Origin: a virus
Lineage: Duplodnaviria > Heunggongvirae > Uroviricota > Caudoviricetes
Strand: one strand, 5' to 3'
DNA length: 64,000 nucleotides
IMG/VR virus record: IMGVR_UViG_3300011772_000022
Location: 16,259 to 80,258 of that record
The position numbers and the translations under genes were made by a program. The notes under the pieces were generated by a model, which saw nothing but the letters and a program-made list of their open reading frames with translations, was not told the origin of the DNA and made no database searches. Positions 35,175-44,606 of the stretch are shown here, one piece after another (the stretch's first letter is position 1; every line of letters starts with the position of its first letter).

Positions 35175-36233
35175 TTATTTTAGCTCTAGTATTCTATAAC
35201 CAGATTTAGCTGCAACGAATACTTCATTACCATTCCATGAATAAGCAGATACATTATCTAAAATGGCTGATTCCATTCGTGTCACGGAGAAATGGTTCCC
35301 GTCTTTAAATTTTCTCATGTCATTAAAGATGAGTGAATACCCTTGATAATCTAAGCAATGGTATAATGCACCCGGTTGAATAACACTTTCATAGGCATAC
35401 TTTACAACACGGTCACGATACAATTTTACTTCACTTGTTGGTGGTACGGTTATTTGGTCTAGTTTAAGTAGTGTGTTAGTTGTGATATCTACGATTTGAA
35501 CCCCTAATTCCCAACTATTCTGGCTATTAAATTCAGTTTTTTCTCGGGTTATAATAAGATACTTATTTCTATAGAGTCTCCTATCTGTACCACCTAGTTG
35601 AGAACCACCTGTTAGAACGCTTGTACCTGTATTCAAATCATACGTCTTCAGTCCATATAAGAATCCGTTATAAATAGGGAAATTATTACTTGTATGAGAA
35701 TTAGATTCTAATGGATAATCCTGTATAGTGGTTTCTAGAAATTTATAAGAAGTAACATTAAAGTTACTATCTAATTTCGCTATTCCATTTTTCAAAACCA
35801 CATATAATGTATCCGTTGCTGCATCTAAAGAGAACGCATAGACATAAGTGAAACTCGGGTGTGATGAAGCGTTAAGTGTCTTAAATAAAGATAAGTCAGA
35901 CTCATTATATACATAACAATCGATTTCATCTTTAACCGTTACAAGTACCTTATCTTTATATACTGAGAGGCAACGTCCTGCATAACGAGGTACCTTAACT
36001 CTCTTTATCTCTGTTAGGGTCGTCCGATGCAGCTTAACAAGGTAGGATTCCATATTACCTGACGAACCTTGCTGATTCCATAACATATAAATGGCATCAG
36101 ATGTCATACATACTTCTCTTACCCCCGAGCTAGTTCCTGCTAGTATCCCTCGTTCTACTTTCTTTACAAGTGTCCCTTGTGTAATACCCAATCTTGAATT
36201 TCCACCTAATCCATGTATCGGTAAGTTTGGCAT
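35175..36233 (-). CDS. paralog 1 of a tandem 3-gene family (352 aa; N-terminal MPNLPIHGLGG), putative tail/receptor-binding protein
   Basis: Shares the N-terminal motif MP.L..HGIG and RBS context with 36247..37359 and 37551..38654; Ser/Thr/Asn/Tyr-rich beta-type composition. Confidence 0.5.
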   Translation of the reverse strand: MPNLPIHGLGGNSRLGITQGTLVKKVERGILAGTSSGVREVCMTSDAIYMLWNQQGSSGNMESYLVKLHRTTLTEIKRVKVPRYAGRCLSVYKDKVLVTVKDEIDCYVYNESDLSLFKTLNASSHPSFTYVYAFSLDAATDTLYVVLKNGIAKLDSNFNVTSYKFLETTIQDYPLESNSHTSNNFPIYNGFLYGLKTYDLNTGTSVLTGGSQLGGTDRRLYRNKYLIITREKTEFNSQNSWELGVQIVDITTNTLLKLDQITVPPTSEVKLYRDRVVKYAYESVIQPGALYHCLDYQGYSLIFNDMRKFKDGNHFSVTRMESAILDNVSAYSWNGNEVFVAAKSGYRILELK

Positions 36234-36246
36234 TTCATTTCACCTC

Positions 36247-37359
36247 TTAGTTTATTTTGTATAATCTCAGACTTGCTTCACCACCAAAGTAAGCAGGTCG
36301 TGGGGTATACAGGAGAAAGTATTTGTCATCCATCATATACCGATTGTCTGTGAAATCATAAAGTTTAGGTGAAACAATCTCATTAAATGTCATTACCTTA
36401 CCCGGTTGGAATCCTGACATGTCTTTATAAAGGAAGGTATAATAGTTATACGGGAATACAGTTAGGACATTTGTTGGTGTAAGCGTATTTTGAAGTACCG
36501 CAGTCTTAACTCCACCTTCTAATTGTTTATCTCTTAAATAACCATCAGTATAATATGGGTCGAGGTTAACTCGACTGCCAGTTGTTAAATCATAACATCC
36601 TAGACGTAAAGTACGTAATCCCTCGTTTTCACCATCATTCCTCTCAGTGTATGCAAAGAGATATCTATCCTGAATTAATGACACACTAATAACTCTCGCT
36701 AACTGTTCCGCTGCGTAAACAAACCCTCTAGTTTTAGTTCCAGTGGCTAAATCGTATTCATTAACCACGTCGGAGTACGAAGGGACGTATATCTTATTAT
36801 TGTGTATCACATAATTTTGTCTATCTCTACCGCACCGATAACTGTAATTGGTAGGGAAATCAGTAACTGTCATATTAATTTCTCGTACAATATCAAAGGA
36901 GGAATTCAACTCTTTAATATGACTATAATAAATAAGATAATACTTATCTGTAACTTTATCGTAACTATACGTGTAGCAGTATGATGTAGTATTCGGTGGG
37001 AGTGTATGTTTTTTAATAACCGATAGATTAGAAGTATCAAAGATGTACCCAACGTCATACGTAAACGTAAGGAACAGTTTACCTTTTTTATATTGCATCG
37101 AGGTTGCGCCATTTGCATTCGTATACTTTTCTACGAACGTATAGGATGCTACCTCTGTATAGGAAGGCAAAGTGAATTTCTTTAAAACAAATGGTTTGTC
37201 TTGGTCACTGAATAAGATATATAAGTGACCGTCACCAACACAAGCAAAGTCTATCGCAGGAGACATTGTGTAGGTCTTCTCGAAAACAAACTCAAATGAT
37301 ATATTCTCCATTGCCTTTTTATTGCTCATTCCAATTCCATGTTCTTCTAATGATGGCAT
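36247..37359 (-). CDS. paralog 2 of the tandem family (start re-assigned to MPSLEEHGIG)
   Basis: RBS GCGAGGTGCCTCAATA before ATG 37357-37359, matching the RBS of the other paralogs. Confidence 0.5.
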   Translation of the reverse strand: MPSLEEHGIGMSNKKAMENISFEFVFEKTYTMSPAIDFACVGDGHLYILFSDQDKPFVLKKFTLPSYTEVASYTFVEKYTNANGATSMQYKKGKLFLTFTYDVGYIFDTSNLSVIKKHTLPPNTTSYCYTYSYDKVTDKYYLIYYSHIKELNSSFDIVREINMTVTDFPTNYSYRCGRDRQNYVIHNNKIYVPSYSDVVNEYDLATGTKTRGFVYAAEQLARVISVSLIQDRYLFAYTERNDGENEGLRTLRLGCYDLTTGSRVNLDPYYTDGYLRDKQLEGGVKTAVLQNTLTPTNVLTVFPYNYYTFLYKDMSGFQPGKVMTFNEIVSPKLYDFTDNRYMMDDKYFLLYTPRPAYFGGEASLRLYKIN

Positions 37360-37550
37360 TATTGAGGCACCTCGCTTCCAAGATGCCCCGCAATTGTTGT
37401 TCTGTTTTCTTCGTGATTTAGCATCGTTCCCATCCCCTTTAGTAATAATTTTACTAATTGGAAACGAGTAATCGTTCATAGTTGTGTTTCCTAGTTGTCT
37501 GTTACTCTGTTTCTGTTGTCTGTAATATTATACCATCTTTCTTACACATC

Positions 37551-38654
37551 TTACCAGTATCTTCCGTAGCTTTCATACGGTCCCTTCCACTTTCTAAAAG
37601 TTCCACGATGCCCACGGTCGAGACCTGATATCATTCCCGTTGTAGGTGGATATACAAGTACAGGGAAGTTAACATCTGACTTACTATATTTCATAAGTCT
37701 AACCGCCTCTGTATCTACGGCTTCAAGTGCATAGAAGAATGAGTCGTCTACGTCCACAAGACTGACCGATGTATCCCATACTTCCTTTGAGTCCGTCTGT
37801 TGTAGGTTTGCATTTACTTTCACCAGTGTTTTTTGCGTACCACTCGAAGGGAATAAAACATAATAAATTTCATCTCGATAGTGTCCTACGTATCGGCGCC
37901 AAACGTTGCTTGCTACCTCAGGAGAAGATTTCGTTCCAGTAACCGTTCTTGTTGCATAATTGATTTGAAGGCTCTTTAAGAATGGTGTTGCGATTCTTAT
38001 ATCCCCAATGTATACAAGTAAGTCACCATTAGGTAAGAAGTCGGCGAATTGACCATCACTCCCAAGGGTATAAGTTGATTTGAGCACCAGTTGTCGGTCA
38101 TAAAGTTGAATGACTCCTTCTTTACGTTCAAACACCGCAATTGTATTTCGCTTACTACTAACAATGACGTCCCCTGAACCACCATTAGGAGTCTGGCGTA
38201 TATTTGTTGTATTTGATTTCTTCAGGACACCGTTTTTATCGAACAGTTCTAAAGAAGGTGCGGCTTGGTTCAAGACAACAAAATCTCCATTCGTGAACGT
38301 ATCAACATGAAGGTCATTGTAATCAACCTGATATGATTTCTCCCAGAAGGTGTTCTTCATTACATCATGTTTCATAACAATCTGTCGTGAAGTTGTTTCT
38401 CTTGTAACGGTTAACATATACCCTTGAGTCGGGCATGTTGTTGAACGTATTCTGTCTCGGTGAATCTGATAAGAGTCCTGACGAAACAATTTCAGTAATG
38501 GGTCAAGGAAGTAAATGTTACTGTTAAAGTTGCTATAGAAATCTAGCTTATCTTTATTCTTAATCTTGTATAAATTATCAAGAGACCCTATCCCGTGAGA
38601 GATAGGGTTTGTACCATCGCTGATAATTCCTAGATGTTTTTCTATGAATGGCAT
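37551..38654 (-). CDS. paralog 3 of the tandem family (367 aa; MPFIEKHLGI...HGIG)
   Basis: RBS ACGAGGTGCTTTCATA before the ATG; ATGA coupling with the upstream tail-fibre gene. Confidence 0.5.
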   Translation of the reverse strand: MPFIEKHLGIISDGTNPISHGIGSLDNLYKIKNKDKLDFYSNFNSNIYFLDPLLKLFRQDSYQIHRDRIRSTTCPTQGYMLTVTRETTSRQIVMKHDVMKNTFWEKSYQVDYNDLHVDTFTNGDFVVLNQAAPSLELFDKNGVLKKSNTTNIRQTPNGGSGDVIVSSKRNTIAVFERKEGVIQLYDRQLVLKSTYTLGSDGQFADFLPNGDLLVYIGDIRIATPFLKSLQINYATRTVTGTKSSPEVASNVWRRYVGHYRDEIYYVLFPSSGTQKTLVKVNANLQQTDSKEVWDTSVSLVDVDDSFFYALEAVDTEAVRLMKYSKSDVNFPVLVYPPTTGMISGLDRGHRGTFRKWKGPYESYGRYW

Positions 38655-40756
38655 TATGAAAGCACCTCGTTTACTAAGGCTCCGTCCGCATCGTACGAAA
38701 GCGTATAATTTTCTGTTTTTGATAGTGCACCCGCAATAGTGTAAATCTGGATTGTCTGTTTTGTATAGTTACCATTTGCATCAGGTACAGAAAGTGTAGA
38801 ACGTTTACGAATTGTTCCACTCTTCTCTTTCCACTCAACTACTGTGAAGATACCATTCGCATCTTTGTTTGCACGGTATACGTTGTACGTACCTGAAAGG
38901 TTGTCCTCCGTATCAGTCAGTTTGCGCCATTGGTTCCAACCTGCATTCTGATTGTAACCACCTCGAACGTATACATCACCTTTGCTATGTGTTGTATAAC
39001 GTTGGAATACACCTGTACCCGGAGTGTTTACTGTTTCGAGTACGCCGAATGCGTAAGCGTGAGGTGTTGGACCATTTGCACCTTTTACCCCATCGTTAAC
39101 TTGATAGAATCCAGTCGTTAGTAACGTATTCCAATCAGTTGTTGCCGTAACCATCGTTGTTTGACGATTAAAGATGTCAGCAAGATGTGTAGCATTTAGA
39201 ACATCATTTCCATTATGCTTCAATCCAGATGTAGTAAAGTTGACCTCATTTGCATCTCGTGAATATGCCCAGATTTGTCTACTTTTCTCCCAGTCATATG
39301 CCCCTAAGAAATCTTTTTTGAAGTAGAAGCCTGAGTGGTTGACCGTCGAACGTCCTTTAATCTGGTATTCTGTTTGTCCTGCTATATCTAAGTCTACGGC
39401 TCCATTAATGAATTTTGTAACTCCTGTCATCTCAATTCCATTCGAGAAGTCTTTAGTGAAGTTAAGTACAAGTTTATCTCCATCCGCAGTTGCGTAACCA
39501 ACCATAGCTCGTTTGTTGTGTACTAAAAAGTCACGAGTACCAAATCCCCATTGCCCGAAATCGGATAGGAGTGCATGACGTTCCCAAGGAGTCCATACCG
39601 CCCCGGCTCTTTTACGAGTATACATATGCGGAGTTAATGCCGTATTTAAACAGTAAGCGATTTGCATACAAGCAAAAGCATTATCATCGTGAGCATTCAC
39701 AATCACATAGAACCATGAATCATTCGTAGGTCCGTTTACTGGATTATTCACTCGGTAGAAACCTGTTAAGATAACGTCATTTAGGTTCGTACCCGGAGTT
39801 AACAAGTTACTTCGTCCATTATCATCCGTTACTTTGTGCTTCTGTTTGAAAGGAACATTACTTCCAGTTTCATAGAAACTACCTGCTACAAGAGAACCAT
39901 CGTCCTTGAATCGAACCATTTTTGTCCAGTCCCACGTTGTCCCATCAATAGCAGTTGAAGGAGCAATAACGAAGTCTGCATCCGTAGTTGTATTTGCAAG
40001 TACCCACGATTTCTTACCTGCCAATTTACTAATAAGTGGTTGTGTGTTCGTGCTAGTAAGTGGACCAGTCATTGTATCCCCAGAATTCTTCACATACGTA
40101 TTATCATGGTTATGGTCAGAACGGGCTACTGTTGTTGCGGAACCTGTACCTAAAAAGTTCACGGTTAACGTTCTATCCGCCGTTAAGTCTCCACCGCCTG
40201 TAAGACCTGCCCCCGGATTTACTTTACGAGCAGTATCCGCTTTTGTAGATGGATTGAAGTTACCTGAATGATAAACAGTCCATCCTCTGTAAGTAAACGT
40301 TGTAGCATTTACGAGTAGTGTTGCTCCGGCATTACCGATATGGAAATCACCATCTGTTCTCACAAGGGAATTCCCAAAGTAAACACCAGAAGAGTGAGTT
40401 GGTGTTGTACCTGCACCATTAATACGTAGCCATGCATCATTTGTATTAATGACACTCCCTTTCGTACCCTTCATTTCTAGAACATTGTCGATTACGTTAC
40501 CTGATAAGTCTAGTGCCGCCGTTATTGTTATTTTTGATGATGTAAATTTAGCAACGACTTTATTATTTGCCAGTACATCAAATTCACCATCTTTAATCCA
40601 GTTGAAACCAGTATCAGAATCTCCGATACCTACTGTGATGGTTGAAGCATTGAATCCGGAACCCGCCGTTGTAAATAAGACGGGTCCAGTGAATGGATTT
40701 GAACCATCGGTAAAAGCTATGTCAGAGGCACGATAAATGTCGCCACGTTTTGGCAT
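38654..40756 (-). CDS. tail fibre protein (700 aa) with an NHD motif
   Basis: ARSDHNHDNTYVKNSGDTMTGPLT is shared with the fibre at 44607..46553; Gly/Thr/Asn-rich beta-rich composition. Confidence 0.6.
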   Translation of the reverse strand: MPKRGDIYRASDIAFTDGSNPFTGPVLFTTAGSGFNASTITVGIGDSDTGFNWIKDGEFDVLANNKVVAKFTSSKITITAALDLSGNVIDNVLEMKGTKGSVINTNDAWLRINGAGTTPTHSSGVYFGNSLVRTDGDFHIGNAGATLLVNATTFTYRGWTVYHSGNFNPSTKADTARKVNPGAGLTGGGDLTADRTLTVNFLGTGSATTVARSDHNHDNTYVKNSGDTMTGPLTSTNTQPLISKLAGKKSWVLANTTTDADFVIAPSTAIDGTTWDWTKMVRFKDDGSLVAGSFYETGSNVPFKQKHKVTDDNGRSNLLTPGTNLNDVILTGFYRVNNPVNGPTNDSWFYVIVNAHDDNAFACMQIAYCLNTALTPHMYTRKRAGAVWTPWERHALLSDFGQWGFGTRDFLVHNKRAMVGYATADGDKLVLNFTKDFSNGIEMTGVTKFINGAVDLDIAGQTEYQIKGRSTVNHSGFYFKKDFLGAYDWEKSRQIWAYSRDANEVNFTTSGLKHNGNDVLNATHLADIFNRQTTMVTATTDWNTLLTTGFYQVNDGVKGANGPTPHAYAFGVLETVNTPGTGVFQRYTTHSKGDVYVRGGYNQNAGWNQWRKLTDTEDNLSGTYNVYRANKDANGIFTVVEWKEKSGTIRKRSTLSVPDANGNYTKQTIQIYTIAGALSKTENYTLSYDADGALVNEVLS

Positions 40757-40795
40757 ATGAATAACCTCCCTTTGTTTCCTTAATTATACTATATT

Positions 40796-41989
40796 TTACG
40801 AGTATACCCTATGGATTCCTCGTGGATAAAACGGTGATTGTGAGCCGTACCAAGCGATAAGCTCTTCATCTGTTCGAGCCACTTTATCAATACGAAGTTC
40901 ATCGTAAATCATATTAGTGAATGGTGATAAGAAGAAGCTCGTTATCGCTCCAAGGTAATTATCATTCGTATTAGATATATCGTATTTACGACCTTCATGG
41001 AAGATAGTAACAGTCATCTTATTACCTTGTCTTCGTAAAGCAAGAGCGTATTCACTATAGGCTTCTGACGGAGTTGGAACACCTCCATAAGAGTATTGAA
41101 TGGTGCTATCCAACATAAATCCCCAGTCATCTGTCCAACCATTAAATACACTAAGGTTCGGTTTTCCCGGTCTCTTGAATGTTAGGAATCTACGGATTGT
41201 ATTCGTTACTTTATACCCTTTAATGTATAAAAATGCAGTAAAATCTCCCTCGATAAGGAGTGGATATTCTACGTTTGCAATACCTCTTATTCCTTGGGTA
41301 AAGGACGTAGGGTATGTTTTTTCCTCTACCTGTGGCATCGCTGCATGGATAGTAGCCGCCGCAGGGAGATTTCGAATCGCTACACCAAAACCACCTGTAC
41401 CGGATATTGTCTCTTTAGATGGATTTACTGACTCGAAACGTTTCCAATCTGTTGAAATACCTTGTGTAGTCACACCCGTTTGGTCTGTTACTTGGTGTTG
41501 ACCTCCGGCATTCGAGTTCAAATATAATTCAACCCGTACATCATCTAGAGGAATATCTGATTTTAAATAGATAGACCGAGCGTAAGAAGAGTCCTTCGTA
41601 AATGATAATGGGTAATACAAAAAGAGAAAAGCCGTTGCCAAGTCTGTTGCGTTCTGCCCACGAAACACCTTGCCCATAATAGGGTCATCGTACTGTGTTC
41701 GGGTTGCTTGCTTCCAATAAGTTGCATTATTGTAATGAGACCATTTCGACCAATCTTGTGATACGTTATTACCCTGAGTATCTAAAAGGTTTTCGGTTCC
41801 TGCTTCGACCGCAAGACCTCCTCCGAACTTCCCTTCAAAGCGACGTAGCGTTGAGACGCCCGAGATTGGCGTTATACCGCTTAGAGACTCGTCCTGAGTC
41901 ACATCGTAGTGAGCAAGGAATATCGTCTTGTCATCAGCCGGAAAACACGTTTTAATGGGTAGTATCATTCCTGAGTGTGCAATTCCCAT
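40796..41989 (-). CDS. LamG/concanavalin-like tail protein, paralog 1 (397 aa)
   Basis: Jelly-roll-like region; C-terminal motif EELIAWYGSQSPFYP shared with 42001.. and 43376... Confidence 0.5.
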   Translation of the reverse strand: MGIAHSGMILPIKTCFPADDKTIFLAHYDVTQDESLSGITPISGVSTLRRFEGKFGGGLAVEAGTENLLDTQGNNVSQDWSKWSHYNNATYWKQATRTQYDDPIMGKVFRGQNATDLATAFLFLYYPLSFTKDSSYARSIYLKSDIPLDDVRVELYLNSNAGGQHQVTDQTGVTTQGISTDWKRFESVNPSKETISGTGGFGVAIRNLPAAATIHAAMPQVEEKTYPTSFTQGIRGIANVEYPLLIEGDFTAFLYIKGYKVTNTIRRFLTFKRPGKPNLSVFNGWTDDWGFMLDSTIQYSYGGVPTPSEAYSEYALALRRQGNKMTVTIFHEGRKYDISNTNDNYLGAITSFFLSPFTNMIYDELRIDKVARTDEELIAWYGSQSPFYPRGIHRVYS

Positions 41990-42000
41990 GATTCCACCTC

Positions 42001-43248
42001 CTAGTAATAGTTAAATTGGTCTCGACCGTCAAAGAATGGAGCGTTTGATTCGTACCATAATTGAATCTCTTCCGCCGAGAATGTTTTAGATGGATGTATC
42101 GCCAAGTGTTCAAATAATGTATTTGGAGTTAACCCGGTATCGTCCCATCCAATTCGCATATACTTCATTGTGTAGTCAGAAAGGATATCTGTTTTGGCAG
42201 CTGCAATTAGCGTTCCATTGAAATAGACCTCTTTGTTATTTCCATTCGCCATCCCTTGTTTATCCCACTGAATAACAACGTGACACCAGTTACCAACATT
42301 TGCGTAAGTGCTGATAATCTGAGGGAATTGTAAGTCATGATTTGTAAATGTTTTATCAGCATTTGTCTTTCGTGTCCAGAAGTTAAGTCGCCTAGCACCA
42401 TTCATCATGAAGTTGATTGTATCTCCATAAATTGCTCCACTATTATCAGGTCTGTTTGTCCCGAATTTTACGGTGTACACATTGTTACCTGATTTTGCAT
42501 TGAAGAACGAATCAGTCAGATACATCCAGAATGATGCACAACCTCTGTCTTTCATGTTTAATTGGGAAACATCCCAAGTCGCACTAAGAGTCGGTCGATT
42601 ATCTTTTACGTAAGACGTACTAAATTTCAGCTCTTCTAACTGTGGGTGCCATACATAACAAGGTGTAGTAGTCCCTGCGAAACCACCTGCCCACATAATA
42701 GCCCGTACCGCCGTCCGAGTATTTGTAGCAGTGAAGATACACGTTACATCATAACGTTTCCACTCTACTGACACATCGAAGGTTGTCGAGGTTGCTTCTA
42801 CGTTATTGGTATCTTGAACCTTAACAGTCACCTTAGAGGGTACATCCGAACGTAACCATACAGATAGTGTAAAAGGTCGATTCGCTATAGCAGTTGTTGC
42901 ATAGTCCGTATATAAATCCTGACTAATAGCGGTTGGACTAATCTTAAAAGCGGTTTGCCCACCTTCAGGGTCTAGATGACCTTTTGTTACTGTCGATACC
43001 GCCATACCTGTCCATTTCGTTAAGTCCTCAGGAAAGGGAATTAGGTTTACGGTACTTCTATCGATTGCTAGAGATTCACGGAATTTCTTTTCATCCTTTC
43101 GATATACCTCAGGTCCCGTCGAAAGAATAGGAATTGTATCTGTCGTATCTCGCAATGTTCCTGCTAATGGAAATAAGAACATTCCAGTTGGTAGATTTGG
43201 AGCATGTTTTTGCAGTTGCAAAAATGAACCATCATGAGCCATTACCAT
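42001..43248 (-). CDS. LamG/concanavalin-like tail protein, paralog 2 (start re-assigned to MVMAHDG)
   Basis: RBS AAGGTAGGTGATTTTAGT before the ATG; C-terminal EEIQLWYESNAPFFDG. Confidence 0.5.
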   Translation of the reverse strand: MVMAHDGSFLQLQKHAPNLPTGMFLFPLAGTLRDTTDTIPILSTGPEVYRKDEKKFRESLAIDRSTVNLIPFPEDLTKWTGMAVSTVTKGHLDPEGGQTAFKISPTAISQDLYTDYATTAIANRPFTLSVWLRSDVPSKVTVKVQDTNNVEATSTTFDVSVEWKRYDVTCIFTATNTRTAVRAIMWAGGFAGTTTPCYVWHPQLEELKFSTSYVKDNRPTLSATWDVSQLNMKDRGCASFWMYLTDSFFNAKSGNNVYTVKFGTNRPDNSGAIYGDTINFMMNGARRLNFWTRKTNADKTFTNHDLQFPQIISTYANVGNWCHVVIQWDKQGMANGNNKEVYFNGTLIAAAKTDILSDYTMKYMRIGWDDTGLTPNTLFEHLAIHPSKTFSAEEIQLWYESNAPFFDGRDQFNYY

Positions 43249-43288
43249 ACTAAAATCACCTACCTTAAAAGTTACTAAAAAGTGCATT

Positions 43289-43370
43289 GCAATCTTTAGT
43301 TTATTTCTCTTTATATTGTTAGTTAAGATTCTTTACCTCATAGAAGTAAAGAATCTTTACCTGATATAAC
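43289..43370. repeat. conserved ~78-bp intergenic element, copy C (tandem palindromes GTTAAGATTCTTTAC / GTAAAGAATCTTTAC)
   Basis: gcaatctttagtttatttctctttatattgttagttaagattctttacctcatagaagtaaagaatctttacctgat. Confidence 0.8.
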
Positions 43371-43375
43371 CAGAA

Positions 43376-44590
43376 TTATCCATATATGATGGAATAATCG
43401 TATGGGTCATACATGCGTTTTCCATAGGCAAACCACGTTGAAATCTCGTAATCTGGTACAACTCTCGGACAAATTAATAGGTCGGCATATTTCGCCCTAC
43501 TATCTTTTAGCTCAACGAACTCTACTATTCCAAGTTTCGTGATAATGTTACCTGTCCAGAAGACACCATTTCGATAGAATCGGAAAGCATTCTCCGCAGC
43601 TGAGAACGTAATCGTTAACATTTCCCACTCGCCCGGAACAAATTTCTTTGTCGAAATCAAGTCCGTATATTGGCGGGAGCCAGAAGCATTACTCCCAAAG
43701 TCAGCAATTAATCTTCTGTTCGATACGTCATCAGTTGTTGGATTGTATCTCCATAACTTCAACATCGCCGTACCTGTATCTTCCCCGAAGCTAATGATTC
43801 GAGAGTAAGAATTCTGTCCAAGTACATTCTCATTAAAGGAAATCCAAAAGTTAATCGTGAAATCTTTCGGGGGAAGTAGCTCTTTCGGATACTTAACATG
43901 CCCTGTTTTTTGAGTAGTTTCTGTGAATTCCGTTAATGTACCTTCTTCAAGTTTTGCTTTACGTAAGTACATGTAAGACACATTCTTCAGCTTTAACGAC
44001 TCATCACCCGGAATCATTAGGTCTAACGCACGTACCGTCGTAACACCTTCAGGCATGGTGAATGTTGCTGATGCTCGATACCATCCGTCCTGTAAAGGAA
44101 CAACCTTTGCATCAAGAATGTTATGCCCAATGTTTGTTAGGAAGAAAGAAATATTCATCTTTCCGGGTTGGTCACCATCAGTACGAAATTCGACACTCTC
44201 TGTATACGTTTTTCCTGCAACAACTGGAAATGCTTTAGCAACTGTATACTCAGTTCGAACCGTTCCATCAGCAGTTATCATTGGGATACGAACCGTTCTA
44301 AAACCGTCCACCATTCCAAGGTCCTCAGCATTAGATTGGTCTTTATTTGGGTAGTACCCATAAACAGAAAGTAGATGATTTTCAGGGAGCATGTTTGTTG
44401 TTTGCTCCTCGATTGCTACGACCTTTCCGAATCTTGGGTCCGGAACCATTAGTGCCGTATTCACATCTGGATGGATTCCTCTTGCCGAAGAAGTGTGCCA
44501 ATAAAACGGGAATAAAACGTCTTCGGAATTGACAGGGAGAATAATATCTCCCGCCATTCCTAAGGGTGAACCATAATGTGATTTATTCAT
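43376..44590 (-). CDS. LamG/concanavalin-like tail protein, paralog 3 (404 aa)
   Basis: FTINFWISFNENVLGQNSYSRIISFGED... jelly-roll; C-terminal ISTWFAYGKRMYDPYDY. Confidence 0.5.
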   Translation of the reverse strand: MNKSHYGSPLGMAGDIILPVNSEDVLFPFYWHTSSARGIHPDVNTALMVPDPRFGKVVAIEEQTTNMLPENHLLSVYGYYPNKDQSNAEDLGMVDGFRTVRIPMITADGTVRTEYTVAKAFPVVAGKTYTESVEFRTDGDQPGKMNISFFLTNIGHNILDAKVVPLQDGWYRASATFTMPEGVTTVRALDLMIPGDESLKLKNVSYMYLRKAKLEEGTLTEFTETTQKTGHVKYPKELLPPKDFTINFWISFNENVLGQNSYSRIISFGEDTGTAMLKLWRYNPTTDDVSNRRLIADFGSNASGSRQYTDLISTKKFVPGEWEMLTITFSAAENAFRFYRNGVFWTGNIITKLGIVEFVELKDSRAKYADLLICPRVVPDYEISTWFAYGKRMYDPYDYSIIYG

Positions 44591-44606
44591 TTTTTATGCA
44601 CTCCTT

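Noticed and set aside
43289-43370. 78-bp element read as a rho-independent terminator
   Set aside because: The hairpin arms are not followed by a U-run on either strand, and each copy lies directly upstream of an RBS.
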